A stretch of DNA of 25,598 bases from a virus (IMGVR_UViG_3300035135_000134:1-25598), one strand, 5' to 3'; shown: positions 1-8,677, counted from the first letter of the stretch. Notes: generated from the letters alone by a model not told the origin. Made by a program: numbers and translations.

Positions 1-1890
1 AAGCGTATTGAACGTGTCATTGGTGAGCGTGAGGCAAAGTTGCTGTCACCTTGGAAGACCACGTTCTGTCGTGACATCTATATCAAGGGACGTAAGCAGA
101 TTGCCTATGACATCTCTGGCATTGCTACGCTTGACTATCTTGAACTGTATCGTAAGTTCACTTACACCAACCAAGCATCTTATCGTCTTGACCACATTGC
201 AAGTGTGGAACTTGGCACTAAGAAACTTGACCACAGTGAGTATGATACGTTCAAGGAGTTCTATACTAAGGACTGGCAGAAGTTTGTAGAATACAACATC
301 ATTGACGTTCGCCTGGTTGACCAGTTGGATGACAAGATGAAACTACTCGAACTTGCATTCACCATGGCATATGATGCTAAGGTCAACTTCGAGGATGTAT
401 TCTCTCAGGTTCGCATGTGGGACAACTACATATATGTCGAACTACTGAAGCGCAAGATTGCCATCCCTCCCAAGAAAGAAGCAAGAAAAGATGCGAAGTA
501 TGCAGGTGCATATGTTAAGGAACCTAAGCCAGGATTTTATGACTGGGTTGTCAGTTTTGACCTTAACAGTCTATACCCTCACCTTATCATGCAGTATAAT
601 CTCTCACCAGAGACCCTGCTCCCAAACAGACACCCTACAGCAACTGTGGATAAGTTGCTTGAGCAGAAGATAGACACGTCTGATCTTAGCAACTGTCTTG
701 CTGCTAACGGAACCCTCTACAAGAATGAGGAGCAGGGGTTCCTGCCTATGATGATGCAGAAGATGTATGACGAGCGAGTCATCTTCAAGAAGAGAATGCT
801 CAAAGCAAAGCAACAATACGAAGAGACTCCTACTATTGAACTTAAGAAAGAGATCGCCCGCTGCAATAACATTCAGATGGCAAAGAAGATCTCTCTCAAC
901 TCTGCTTATGGTGCTATCGGTAACGAACACTTCCGATACTTTCGACTGGAGATCGCTGAGGCAATCACGTTGTCTGGTCAGTTGTCGATCCGTTGGATCG
1001 AGAACAAGATGAATGAGAAACTAAACAAGATTCTAAAGACTGACAATGTTGATTACGTTATTGCTTCTGACACTGACTCTATCTACCTTAACTTGGGTCC
1101 TTTGGTTGAAACTGTATACGCGACACGAGAGAAAACTGATGAAGGAGTTGTCGCGTTCCTTGATAAGGTGTGTCAAGTGGAACTTGAAAAGTATATTGAA
1201 AGTTCTTACCAAGAGCTCGCCCTTTATATGAACGCATACCAGCAGAAGATGGTCATGAAGCGAGAGAACATCGCTAACCGTGGCATCTGGACTGCGAAGA
1301 AGCGTTACATCTTGAACGTGTGGAATAGTGAAGGTGTGCAATACAAAGAACCCAAGATGAAGATCATGGGACTTGAGACTGCTCGCTCATCCACACCACA
1401 ATACTACCGAGACAAACTGCTTGAGGCATTCAAGATCATCCTAACCAAGACAAATGATGACCTGATTGATTACATTGAATTTGTCAAGCAAGACACTCGC
1501 AAACAAGACTATGTAAACATTGCCTTCCCCCGTGGATGTAATGGTCTGGACAAATACAAAGACAACCATGACATCTACAAGAAAGGCACCCCCATCCATG
1601 TGAGAGGATCCTTACTTTACAACTGGCACGTTCGCAAGAACAAGATAACTAATAAGTATCCCATCATTCAGGAGGGGGAGAAGATCAAGTTCATCTACTT
1701 GAAGTCTCCCAACCCACTTCAAGAGAACTGTGTCTCTTTCTTTAGTGACATTCCTAAAGAGTTCAATGTTGACAGATACATTGACTATCAAAAGCAATTC
1801 GAGAAGTCGTTCCTAGAACCACTCAAGAACGTGCTAGAATGTATCGGTTGGAATCATGAGAAGAAAGTTTCTCTACTAAGTTTTTTCTGA
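1..1890 (+). CDS. g43: DNA polymerase family B, T4 gp43-like (5'-truncated by window edge)
   Basis: Frame open from base 1 (KRIERVIGEREAKLLSPW). Motifs: Exo III YNIIDV, SFDLNSLYP, KISLNSAYG, ASDTDS, KKRY. No intein or intron evident. Confidence 0.98.
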   Translation, partial: KRIERVIGEREAKLLSPWKTTFCRDIYIKGRKQIAYDISGIATLDYLELYRKFTYTNQASYRLDHIASVELGTKKLDHSEYDTFKEFYTKDWQKFVEYNIIDVRLVDQLDDKMKLLELAFTMAYDAKVNFEDVFSQVRMWDNYIYVELLKRKIAIPPKKEARKDAKYAGAYVKEPKPGFYDWVVSFDLNSLYPHLIMQYNLSPETLLPNRHPTATVDKLLEQKIDTSDLSNCLAANGTLYKNEEQGFLPMMMQKMYDERVIFKKRMLKAKQQYEETPTIELKKEIARCNNIQMAKKISLNSAYGAIGNEHFRYFRLEIAEAITLSGQLSIRWIENKMNEKLNKILKTDNVDYVIASDTDSIYLNLGPLVETVYATREKTDEGVVAFLDKVCQVELEKYIESSYQELALYMNAYQQKMVMKRENIANRGIWTAKKRYILNVWNSEGVQYKEPKMKIMGLETARSSTPQYYRDKLLEAFKIILTKTNDDLIDYIEFVKQDTRKQDYVNIAFPRGCNGLDKYKDNHDIYKKGTPIHVRGSLLYNWHVRKNKITNKYPIIQEGEKIKFIYLKSPNPLQENCVSFFSDIPKEFNVDRYIDYQKQFEKSFLEPLKNVLECIGWNHEKKVSLLSFF

Positions 1891-1897
1891 GGTAACT

Positions 1898-2932
1898 ATG
1901 GGATTTTTAGACAGTGTAGTCAAGGACAGCAAGAATGAGTTTGCTAGTTTCGCTAGTGAAGGGATCGCTGCTGGCGATGTTGAATCTTTCGTTGATACTG
2001 GGAGTTATATCTTTAATGCCCTGGTGTCTGGTTCGATTTACGGAGGCATTCCTTCCAATAAAATCACTGCCCTGGCAGGAGAGAGCGGCACGGGCAAGAC
2101 TTTCTTTTGTCTCAGCGTGGTTCGTAATTTCCTTGATCTTGATCCTGAAGCTGGAGTCATTTATTTTGAAACTGAGTCTGCCATTAGTAAGCAGATGATT
2201 GAGAGTCGTGGCATCGACTCAAAGCGCATGGTCATCATGCCTGTCAACACCATCGAAGAGTTCCGAACTACATCGATCCGAATTGTTGACAAATATATGG
2301 AACAACCCAAAGAGGATCGCAAACCCCTGATGTTTGTGCTAGACTCTCTTGGTATGCTTGCCACCAACAAAGAGGTTGAGGACGCATCGAACGACAAGAA
2401 CGTTCGAGATATGACAAAAGCACAACTGGTCAAATCTGTGTTCCGCATCTTGACATTGAAGATCGGCAAGGCTAACATACCTATGATCGTTACCAATCAC
2501 ACCTATGATGTCGTCGGCGCTTATGTCCCTACAAAAGAGATGGGGGGAGGCAGTGGACTCAAGTATTCTGCTAGCACAATCGTTTATCTTGGAAAGAAAA
2601 AAGAAAAAGATGGAACGACTCTCGTCGGAAACATTATCAAATGCGAGGCTAAGAAGTCTCGTCTGACCCGTGAGGGATCGAAGGTAGAGACACGTCTCTT
2701 CTTTGATGAGCGTGGTCTAGAACGCTACTACGGTATGCTAGAGTTGGGAGAACGTGCTGGTCTGTGGGCGAACCGTGCTGGTCGCTACGAAGTCAATGGC
2801 AAGAAAGTCTATGGCAAACAGATCCTCGCCAACCCAGATGAATACTTCACCCCTGAAGTCCTAGACATCTTGGACAAGCAAGCACAAAAGGAATTTTTAT
2901 ACGGAGCAGCAGACGATGACGGAGAAGATTGA
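1898..2932 (+). CDS. uvsX: RecA-like recombinase UvsX
   Basis: Walker A GESGTGKT, Walker B FVLDSLG, MGGGSGLKYSAS; SD GAGG upstream; T4-like synteny 43-uvsX-41. Confidence 0.96.
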   Translation: MGFLDSVVKDSKNEFASFASEGIAAGDVESFVDTGSYIFNALVSGSIYGGIPSNKITALAGESGTGKTFFCLSVVRNFLDLDPEAGVIYFETESAISKQMIESRGIDSKRMVIMPVNTIEEFRTTSIRIVDKYMEQPKEDRKPLMFVLDSLGMLATNKEVEDASNDKNVRDMTKAQLVKSVFRILTLKIGKANIPMIVTNHTYDVVGAYVPTKEMGGGSGLKYSASTIVYLGKKKEKDGTTLVGNIIKCEAKKSRLTREGSKVETRLFFDERGLERYYGMLELGERAGLWANRAGRYEVNGKKVYGKQILANPDEYFTPEVLDILDKQAQKEFLYGAADDDGED

Positions 2933-4304
2933 AACTACTATTCTTAGAAACCTTCTCCACAGTGAAGAGTTCTATCGTAAAGTAGTTCCTTTTCTCAAGG
3001 CAGAATACTTTGAAGATGTGTCGGAGAAGATCGTCTACGAAGAGATTGACGACTTCTCTGGCAAGTATGACAAGATGCCTACGTCGGAAGTTCTAATCCT
3101 ACAACTACAGAATCGAAATGACATTACTGAAGAGACTTATCAGAATGCTGTTGAGAAGATCAAAGCGTTTAGTGATGAGTATGTTGACCCTGCGTGGCTC
3201 ACAGACCAGACAGAGAAGTGGTGCCAAGACAGAGCAATCTACAACGCCCTACTACTATCGATCAAAGTCGCAGATGGCGGCGATCAGAAACTATCAAAAG
3301 ATGCGATTCCAAGCATACTCCAAGAAGCCTTGGCAGTATCGTTCGACGAAAATGTAGGTCACGACTATGTTGGCAATGTAACTGATCGCTATGAGTTCTA
3401 CCACAAAGATGAAGAGAAGATTCCTTTCGACCTTGAGAAGTTCAACACGATCACGAAGGGAGGTCTACCCAATAAGACGCTTAATATTGCTTTGGCTGGA
3501 ACTGGTGTTGGCAAGTCTCTATTTATGTGCCATTGCGCCGCTGCTGCTCTTACCCAAGGCAAGAACGTTCTTTATGTCACCTGTGAGATGTCTGAGGAGA
3601 AAATTGCAGAAAGAATTGATGCTAATCTCCTCAATGTCAACATACGGGACATCACTACACTACCCGAGCAGATATTCACTTCGCGAGTATCTGAGATTGG
3701 AAGAAAGACGCAAGGTCGCCTCATCATTAAGGAATACCCTACCGCTTCTGCACACGTTGGTCACTTTAAGTCGCTCCTCAATGAACTCTCGTTGAAGAAG
3801 TCTTTCAAACCTGACATCATTTTCATTGACTATCTAAATATTTGTGCGAGTTCAAGATACAAGGGTCACATTGTGAACTCCTACACGTATGTAAAGGCAA
3901 TTGCTGAAGAACTTCGTGGACTCGCATGTGAGCATGATGTCCCCATCATCTCTGCAACACAGACAACCCGTTCTGGTTACGGCAACTCCGATGTTGAACT
4001 TACTGATACTTCTGAAAGTTTCGGTCTTCCTGCTACTGCTGATCTCATGTTCGCTCTTATATCGAACGAGGAGTTAGAGCAGTCAGGTCGCATCATGGTG
4101 AAGCAACTGAAGAACCGTTACAATGATCTGACTACCTTCCGTAAGTTCACGGTTGGAATTGACAGATCCAAGATGAAGTTGTATAATGTTCAAGAAGAGT
4201 CGTCAGTTGATGCTCTTATTGATCAAGACGATCCGACTGAATCATTTGATGACATCTCCGATCGTCAAAAACGCATCAATAAATTTAATTCTTTTATTAT
4301 CTAA
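2916..4304 (+). CDS. g41: Replicative DnaB-like helicase gp41
   Basis: Walker A AGTGVGKS, IFIDYLNI, SATQTTR, SESFGLPATAD, KQLKNRY. Confidence 0.97.
   Translation: MTEKIETTILRNLLHSEEFYRKVVPFLKAEYFEDVSEKIVYEEIDDFSGKYDKMPTSEVLILQLQNRNDITEETYQNAVEKIKAFSDEYVDPAWLTDQTEKWCQDRAIYNALLLSIKVADGGDQKLSKDAIPSILQEALAVSFDENVGHDYVGNVTDRYEFYHKDEEKIPFDLEKFNTITKGGLPNKTLNIALAGTGVGKSLFMCHCAAAALTQGKNVLYVTCEMSEEKIAERIDANLLNVNIRDITTLPEQIFTSRVSEIGRKTQGRLIIKEYPTASAHVGHFKSLLNELSLKKSFKPDIIFIDYLNICASSRYKGHIVNSYTYVKAIAEELRGLACEHDVPIISATQTTRSGYGNSDVELTDTSESFGLPATADLMFALISNEELEQSGRIMVKQLKNRYNDLTTFRKFTVGIDRSKMKLYNVQEESSVDALIDQDDPTESFDDISDRQKRINKFNSFII
4159..4187 (+). promoter_or_regulatory. Sigma70-type promoter inside 3' end of g41, upstream of mazG
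   Basis: Perfect TTGACA (4159-4164), 17-nt spacer, TATAAT (4182-4187). Confidence 0.75.
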
Positions 4305-4305
4305 C

Positions 4306-4713
4306 ATGTCCAAGGTTAATTTTGAACGCTATCAAGAGTTTGTTTCAGCAGTTACTTCAGATGCTTCTACAAACTTTGTTGATTTCGCTGACCGTATTGG
4401 TGAGCTTGATCGACAAGGTGCCAATATTGAGAGACTCCTTACTAGTGGTGTTGGAATTAATGCTGAGGGTGGTGAGTTTCTTGAGATCATTAAGAAGATG
4501 GTATTCCAAGGAAAGCCCTGGAACGAGGACAACCGTGAGCATCTTATTATTGAGTTGGGTGATATTCTATGGTATGTCGCTCAGGCAACAATGGCACTGG
4601 GCATCAGCTTTGATGAAGTCATTGCAACAAACGTAAAGAAACTTGAGAAACGCTACCCAGGAGGAGAGTTCGATGTCTTCAAATCCGAAAACCGCGCAGC
4701 AGGCGACCGATAA
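4306..4713 (+). CDS. mazG: MazG-type nucleoside triphosphate pyrophosphohydrolase (135 aa)
   Basis: Start moved to ATG 4306 (MSKVNFERY), just after the g41 stop. Motifs AEGGEFLEIIKK and ELGDILWY; usual cyanomyovirus position after g41. Confidence 0.93.
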   Translation: MSKVNFERYQEFVSAVTSDASTNFVDFADRIGELDRQGANIERLLTSGVGINAEGGEFLEIIKKMVFQGKPWNEDNREHLIIELGDILWYVAQATMALGISFDEVIATNVKKLEKRYPGGEFDVFKSENRAAGDR

Positions 4714-4714
4714 G

Positions 4715-4849
4715 ATGTATCACATCTATGACGACAATGGAGTCGTCAGACATTCTTTGACAGAGGAGGACTTTGACCTCCTCTATGATGCTACGAAGTA
4801 TGAGTTTGAAGAATGTGAAGTAACTAAAGGCGAAGACGCATCATACTAA
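4715..4849 (+). CDS. Small acidic hypothetical protein (44 aa, MYHIYDDNG...)
   Basis: ATG 1 nt after the mazG stop; stop overlaps next ATG (TAATG). Confidence 0.6.
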   Translation: MYHIYDDNGVVRHSLTEEDFDLLYDATKYEFEECEVTKGEDASY

Positions 4850-5049
4850 TGTATTCATTATGGATTCATGTGGTAGCATTCTTTCAAGTGGTTGTGATGA
4901 ACTGCATTCAACCAGTCAATTGGAAGTATTGCTACCGTGTTGACCAGTGGTTGATACCTGATGTCATTGAAGGTTATCAACTCTGGACTGGTGACAAACA
5001 TCCTTATCAAAATGAGAAGGATTATCTGGAGGGGCAATCCGATAGGTGA
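4849..5049 (+). CDS. Hypothetical protein (66 aa) with hydrophobic N-terminus; 3' end overlaps tRNA
   Basis: TAATG coupling to upstream ORF; Trp/Cys-rich protein-like sequence. Confidence 0.65.
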   Translation: MYSLWIHVVAFFQVVVMNCIQPVNWKYCYRVDQWLIPDVIEGYQLWTGDKHPYQNEKDYLEGQSDR

Positions 5050-5114
5050 CGGAACCTGTCTTGAAAACAGTTGAGGTGTTAAAGCCCTTGGGGGTTCGAC
5101 TCCCCCTCCCTCCG
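5028..5114 (+). tRNA. tRNA-Ser (anticodon UGA), type II, CCA not encoded
   Basis: Acceptor GGAGGGG/TCCCTCC with discriminator G; D stem TCCG/CGGA; anticodon loop CT-TGA-AA; long variable arm; T arm GGGGG-TTCGACT-CCCCC. Confidence 0.92.
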
Positions 5115-5115
5115 T

Positions 5116-5123
5116 TCTAAATA
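5116..5123 (+). promoter_or_regulatory. Putative T4-type late promoter variant (TCTAAATA)
   Basis: One mismatch to TATAAATA; about 20 nt upstream of ATG 5144, with SD GGAGG at 5132-5136. Confidence 0.55.
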
Positions 5124-5145
5124 GTAAGACGGGAGGTTTTACTAT
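5121..5145 (+). promoter_or_regulatory. RBS/start-codon-occluding RNA hairpin
   Basis: ATAGTAAGAC-GGGAG-GTTTTACTAT: 10-bp stem (one G:U), SD in the loop, AT of the ATG in the stem. Confidence 0.6.
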
Positions 5146-6643
5146 GATAACAATACCACCATCAGTAAGAGACGCATGGGACGACCTAATTCAAAAAGGT
5201 CTTGCTACTGATGAATATAGTTACTTGGTTTTTGATGTAAAGAACGCAGAAACCGATCCGAAGAAAAAAGTTCAGGTTTACATGAAAGTGTATATACCTG
5301 AGGCAAAGAGAAATATTGCTACTGCCAATGTTAAAGAAGCAATGGAGGCAGCAGGATATCCAGTAGACATTAGAAAGTCTAAGGGTTCCAACATTCCATC
5401 TTTAGATATAAGTGTAGGGTCAGAAAATAATAAAGTAAAAGTCATTCGAGTTGACTTTAAACCAGATAGATCAGCAGGATCAGGTGGTGGCGCAGCAAAG
5501 ACTAAGATCCAAGAGAGTGCTGCTTGTCTTTATAACGCACTTCGATTTCATGTTTACAATAAAGACATGGATCCTGATATGGTAATTACTCAGGATGACC
5601 TTGACAAAGCATCTCAGTATATTGATACTCCAGATGCTACCATGGAAGAGATGATGGGATTTGATCCAGACTGGAGAGCAGTCTTTATGGATGGTGCCAA
5701 TAAACTTTATGCTAAAGTAAGTGGAGGTGACTATCTGTTTGTCCGAGGAGATAAAGAAATTGATGATGGTGTAATCAAAAAAGCATTTGCTAAATGCAAA
5801 ACATCTTTGGAATCAAATTTGCAGAACGAAGACAAGTGGAACCCATCAGATATATGGATGGTCAAAAGGTCTAGAAAATCTGCAGTAATTGCTGAACTAA
5901 CACCATACACAAGAAAGAAAACAGCAACCTCAATTGATGTATTGAATGCTAAACTAGCAGAACTGTTTGAGGCAGGAGATCTGATGGGAGTCTCTTTGAA
6001 AAAGACAGGTGCTTCTGGAACAGTAAAAATTGTTAATGGTGAAACACCAGCACAACGCAAAGCAAACTTAGAAGTTGCATTCGATAAAACTAAAACAATA
6101 AATGAGTTAGTTTACGATAGTGGTAGAAATTATTCTGGTTCGGAAGCAGACAAAAGATATCCTATGGATGTTTACATCTACTATGGACCTAAGTCGTTTG
6201 ATAGAATTCAACTAAGGAACTTTGGTGGTGATAATACAGGAGACTGGAAACTAGAACTCAAAGGCGAGTATGCTGCTATGGGCAAAGTTCAAGGGAGTGT
6301 TGCTAGATTTATCCTACAGAAAACAGGATTCAGTAACATCCCTCAAGAACCAACATGGATAGAAAGTGATCCAAAGCATAGTCAATCAGATAAAATAACA
6401 AAAGAAATATATAATTTACTTAAAGAATTCAACGCAAAGGGATTCGACAAGACAGATGAAGATCAGATGATGGGTGAGATTGCGAGGAAACGCAAATCTT
6501 GGAGATATAGTAAACTATCAGGACTTCGCTTCTTGAAATTTTTGAAAGATCTGAATGGTGAAGCAGATAGAGCAGTGAAAGAATTATATCTTTTTGCTGG
6601 ATCAGCATCAGATCACTCATCAATTTACTACAAGTATTCCTAA
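5144..6643 (+). CDS. Hypothetical protein (499 aa), putative PD-(D/E)xK-superfamily nuclease
   Basis: Long ORF with strong SD. Motif order QES...DKWNPSDIWMV...GVSLKK resembles the E / (P)D / xxK elements of restriction-endonuclease-fold enzymes. Function is inference. Confidence 0.55.
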   Translation: MITIPPSVRDAWDDLIQKGLATDEYSYLVFDVKNAETDPKKKVQVYMKVYIPEAKRNIATANVKEAMEAAGYPVDIRKSKGSNIPSLDISVGSENNKVKVIRVDFKPDRSAGSGGGAAKTKIQESAACLYNALRFHVYNKDMDPDMVITQDDLDKASQYIDTPDATMEEMMGFDPDWRAVFMDGANKLYAKVSGGDYLFVRGDKEIDDGVIKKAFAKCKTSLESNLQNEDKWNPSDIWMVKRSRKSAVIAELTPYTRKKTATSIDVLNAKLAELFEAGDLMGVSLKKTGASGTVKIVNGETPAQRKANLEVAFDKTKTINELVYDSGRNYSGSEADKRYPMDVYIYYGPKSFDRIQLRNFGGDNTGDWKLELKGEYAAMGKVQGSVARFILQKTGFSNIPQEPTWIESDPKHSQSDKITKEIYNLLKEFNAKGFDKTDEDQMMGEIARKRKSWRYSKLSGLRFLKFLKDLNGEADRAVKELYLFAGSASDHSSIYYKYS

Positions 6644-7839
6644 TGTCAAACGTAAAACAACTAAAGCATTTGGAGCATTTAGAAGATGAGATGCTGAACT
6701 ATGGCGTCGATGGATGCATGGCAGCAGTATCTTTTCTCAAAGAACTCCGCAAGATGTTGGGTCAGCAAGATAGTTCTGGTTTCATGCAGACTAAGTGGGA
6801 TGGTGCTCCCTCTGTGATCTGTGGTGAAGATCCTGTGTCTGGCAAATTCTTTGTTGGAACTAAGTCGGTCTTTAATAAGACAGAACCCAAGATATGCTAT
6901 AGTGAAAAAGCAGTTGACAAATTATATGATGGAGATCTAGCAGAGAAACTTAAGTTTGCTCACAGATACTTCAGTCAATTAGGAATCAAAGGTGTGATTC
7001 AGGGAGACCTGATGTTTACTGACAGCACACTAAAGAAAGAAACTGTCAATGGAGAACAACTGTATACCTTCAGACCGAATACTATCACTTATGCTATTCC
7101 TGTAGATCATCCTATTGGAAAGGCAGCAGGTGTAGCAAAGATTGGTGTGGTGTTTCACACTCACTACACTGGAGATGATCTACCTACCATGCAAGCAAGA
7201 GCTGGTGCTAATGTAGAAGGATCTAGAGATGCTCTGGTAATCAAAAATGATACTCCGATGCATCGAGTTGGATTTTCTAAAGCAGAGATGCAAAAGTTTG
7301 ACAACTATATCTCTAAGATTGAACGCATGTGTCAGATCTGCGGACCATTCTTAGATGACCTTGTGGAAAACTTTGGTAATACTGGAGACAAGAAGTTTCA
7401 TATTTCAACATACATCAAGCAGTTCTTCAATGCAGAGATTAGAGAACGTCGTAACATAGGAAACATCGATGAGACTATTAATGCTCTGGTAAACTTCTAT
7501 GATGCTAAGATGCAGAAGGAGTTGGCAAAGATTAAGACGGTTCCTAATAGAGTGAAGAAGTCAAATCTGGTATACCAGAGTGAGAACTATTTGATTGACA
7601 ATGTGTATAAGTTCAAGGCAATGCTTGCTCTGTATAAAGAACTGCAAGATGTCAAGCAAATGGTTATAGATAAACTGGATCATCTTGAAACCTTCAGAAC
7701 CTTTGTGCAGACTGAGAAGGGATACAAAATTACAACTCCTGAAGGATATGTTCTTCACAAGGATGGTAGCATGATCAAGTTTGTCAACAGACTAGAGTTT
7801 GCCTACAACAACTTCACTCTTCAAAAACAATGGCGTTAA
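6643..7839 (+). CDS. ATP-dependent ligase / covalent nucleotidyltransferase-fold protein (RNA-ligase-like, 398 aa)
   Basis: Motif I TKWDG, motif III-like IQGDLMF, motif IV PEGYV, motif V-like MIKFV; TAATG coupling with the upstream gene. Confidence 0.65.
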   Translation: MSNVKQLKHLEHLEDEMLNYGVDGCMAAVSFLKELRKMLGQQDSSGFMQTKWDGAPSVICGEDPVSGKFFVGTKSVFNKTEPKICYSEKAVDKLYDGDLAEKLKFAHRYFSQLGIKGVIQGDLMFTDSTLKKETVNGEQLYTFRPNTITYAIPVDHPIGKAAGVAKIGVVFHTHYTGDDLPTMQARAGANVEGSRDALVIKNDTPMHRVGFSKAEMQKFDNYISKIERMCQICGPFLDDLVENFGNTGDKKFHISTYIKQFFNAEIRERRNIGNIDETINALVNFYDAKMQKELAKIKTVPNRVKKSNLVYQSENYLIDNVYKFKAMLALYKELQDVKQMVIDKLDHLETFRTFVQTEKGYKITTPEGYVLHKDGSMIKFVNRLEFAYNNFTLQKQWR

Positions 7840-8399
7840 ACTGCATCAAATGTTATTTCACCTTTGGTAGGTTTCAACCACCTACTACAGGTCACAAAGA
7901 GAACTTCGATGGGGTGAAACGCATCGCGAGTCAGCATGGACATGACTATAGGATCTATATCTCTCAGTCATTCGATTTGAAGGGCAAGAATCCACTCAAA
8001 CCTGAGCGTAAACTTCACTACATGAACTTGATGTTTCCAGAACATCGTGGTAAAATATATTCAGGACCCAAAGATCCTGTCGCTATCATGCAAGACCTGA
8101 TGATGGCAGGATATAATGAGGTTGTGTTCCTTGTGGGATCTGATAGAGTAAATGCTATGCAGTTCCTGCACAAATACAATGGCAAAGACTTCTCGTTCAG
8201 AAGTATCGAGATTCAATCTTCAGGAAGCAGAGATGCTGACGGAGATACCTTTGCTATCTCTGGCACAAAGATGAGACGTGCAGCACATGCTGGTGACTTC
8301 AAACTTTTCCGCCAGGGCATTCCTAAATCTATGAATGACAAAGATTGTAAGAAGATGATGGATGAGATTAGAGCAAACCTGCCTGCTAATTTTAAATGA
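7830..8399 (+). CDS. Cytidyltransferase-like HxGH nucleotidyltransferase
   Basis: FGRFQPPTTGH (H/TxGH), VGSDR, and C-terminal ISGTKMR (SxTxxR) typical of NMNAT/PPAT/cytidyltransferases. Confidence 0.85.
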   Translation: MALNCIKCYFTFGRFQPPTTGHKENFDGVKRIASQHGHDYRIYISQSFDLKGKNPLKPERKLHYMNLMFPEHRGKIYSGPKDPVAIMQDLMMAGYNEVVFLVGSDRVNAMQFLHKYNGKDFSFRSIEIQSSGSRDADGDTFAISGTKMRRAAHAGDFKLFRQGIPKSMNDKDCKKMMDEIRANLPANFK

Positions 8400-8677
8400 G
8401 AGACTTTAAGAAACTTAGAGAGCAGGCACTGCGGCAGCAGCAGAGACAAGAAGACTTCTTTCAGGAAGGTGATCATGTCATGTCCGCATTGACTGGTGAG
8501 AAGGGCACGATCAAGCGTGTTGGTGGTAACTATGCTATCGTTATCAGTGAGTCTGGAGAGATGTTCCGCTCTTGGATCAAGGATATCCGTCACGTCAATG
8601 TGACAGAATCTATAAATAAAGAGAGGAAACGAAGTATTTTCACTAATGGAACGTCAGAAGCCAACGACAACGCTTAA
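8396..8677 (+). CDS. Hypothetical protein (93 aa), SH3/KOW-like small beta-barrel
   Basis: ATGA overlap with the previous stop; pattern FQEGDHV...TGEKGTIKRVG.NYAIV. Confidence 0.7.
   Translation: MRDFKKLREQALRQQQRQEDFFQEGDHVMSALTGEKGTIKRVGGNYAIVISESGEMFRSWIKDIRHVNVTESINKERKRSIFTNGTSEANDNA
8611..8618 (+). promoter_or_regulatory. T4-type late promoter
   Basis: Exact TATAAATA, 27 nt upstream of ATG 8646. Confidence 0.8.

Noticed and set aside
4186-4305. N-terminal extension of mazG in the ORF track
   Set aside because: Lies within g41; ATG 4306 directly after the g41 stop gives a normal-sized MazG.
5028-5114. tRNA read as a selenocysteine or opal-suppressor tRNA
   Set aside because: The anticodon is UGA (reads UCA, Ser), not UCA; genes in the window use TGA as a normal stop.
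8385-8399. Possible frameshift joining the nucleotidyltransferase to the SH3-like ORF (AAT TTT AAA TGA)
   Set aside because: No in-phase X XXY YYZ heptamer; ATGA coupling explains the junction.
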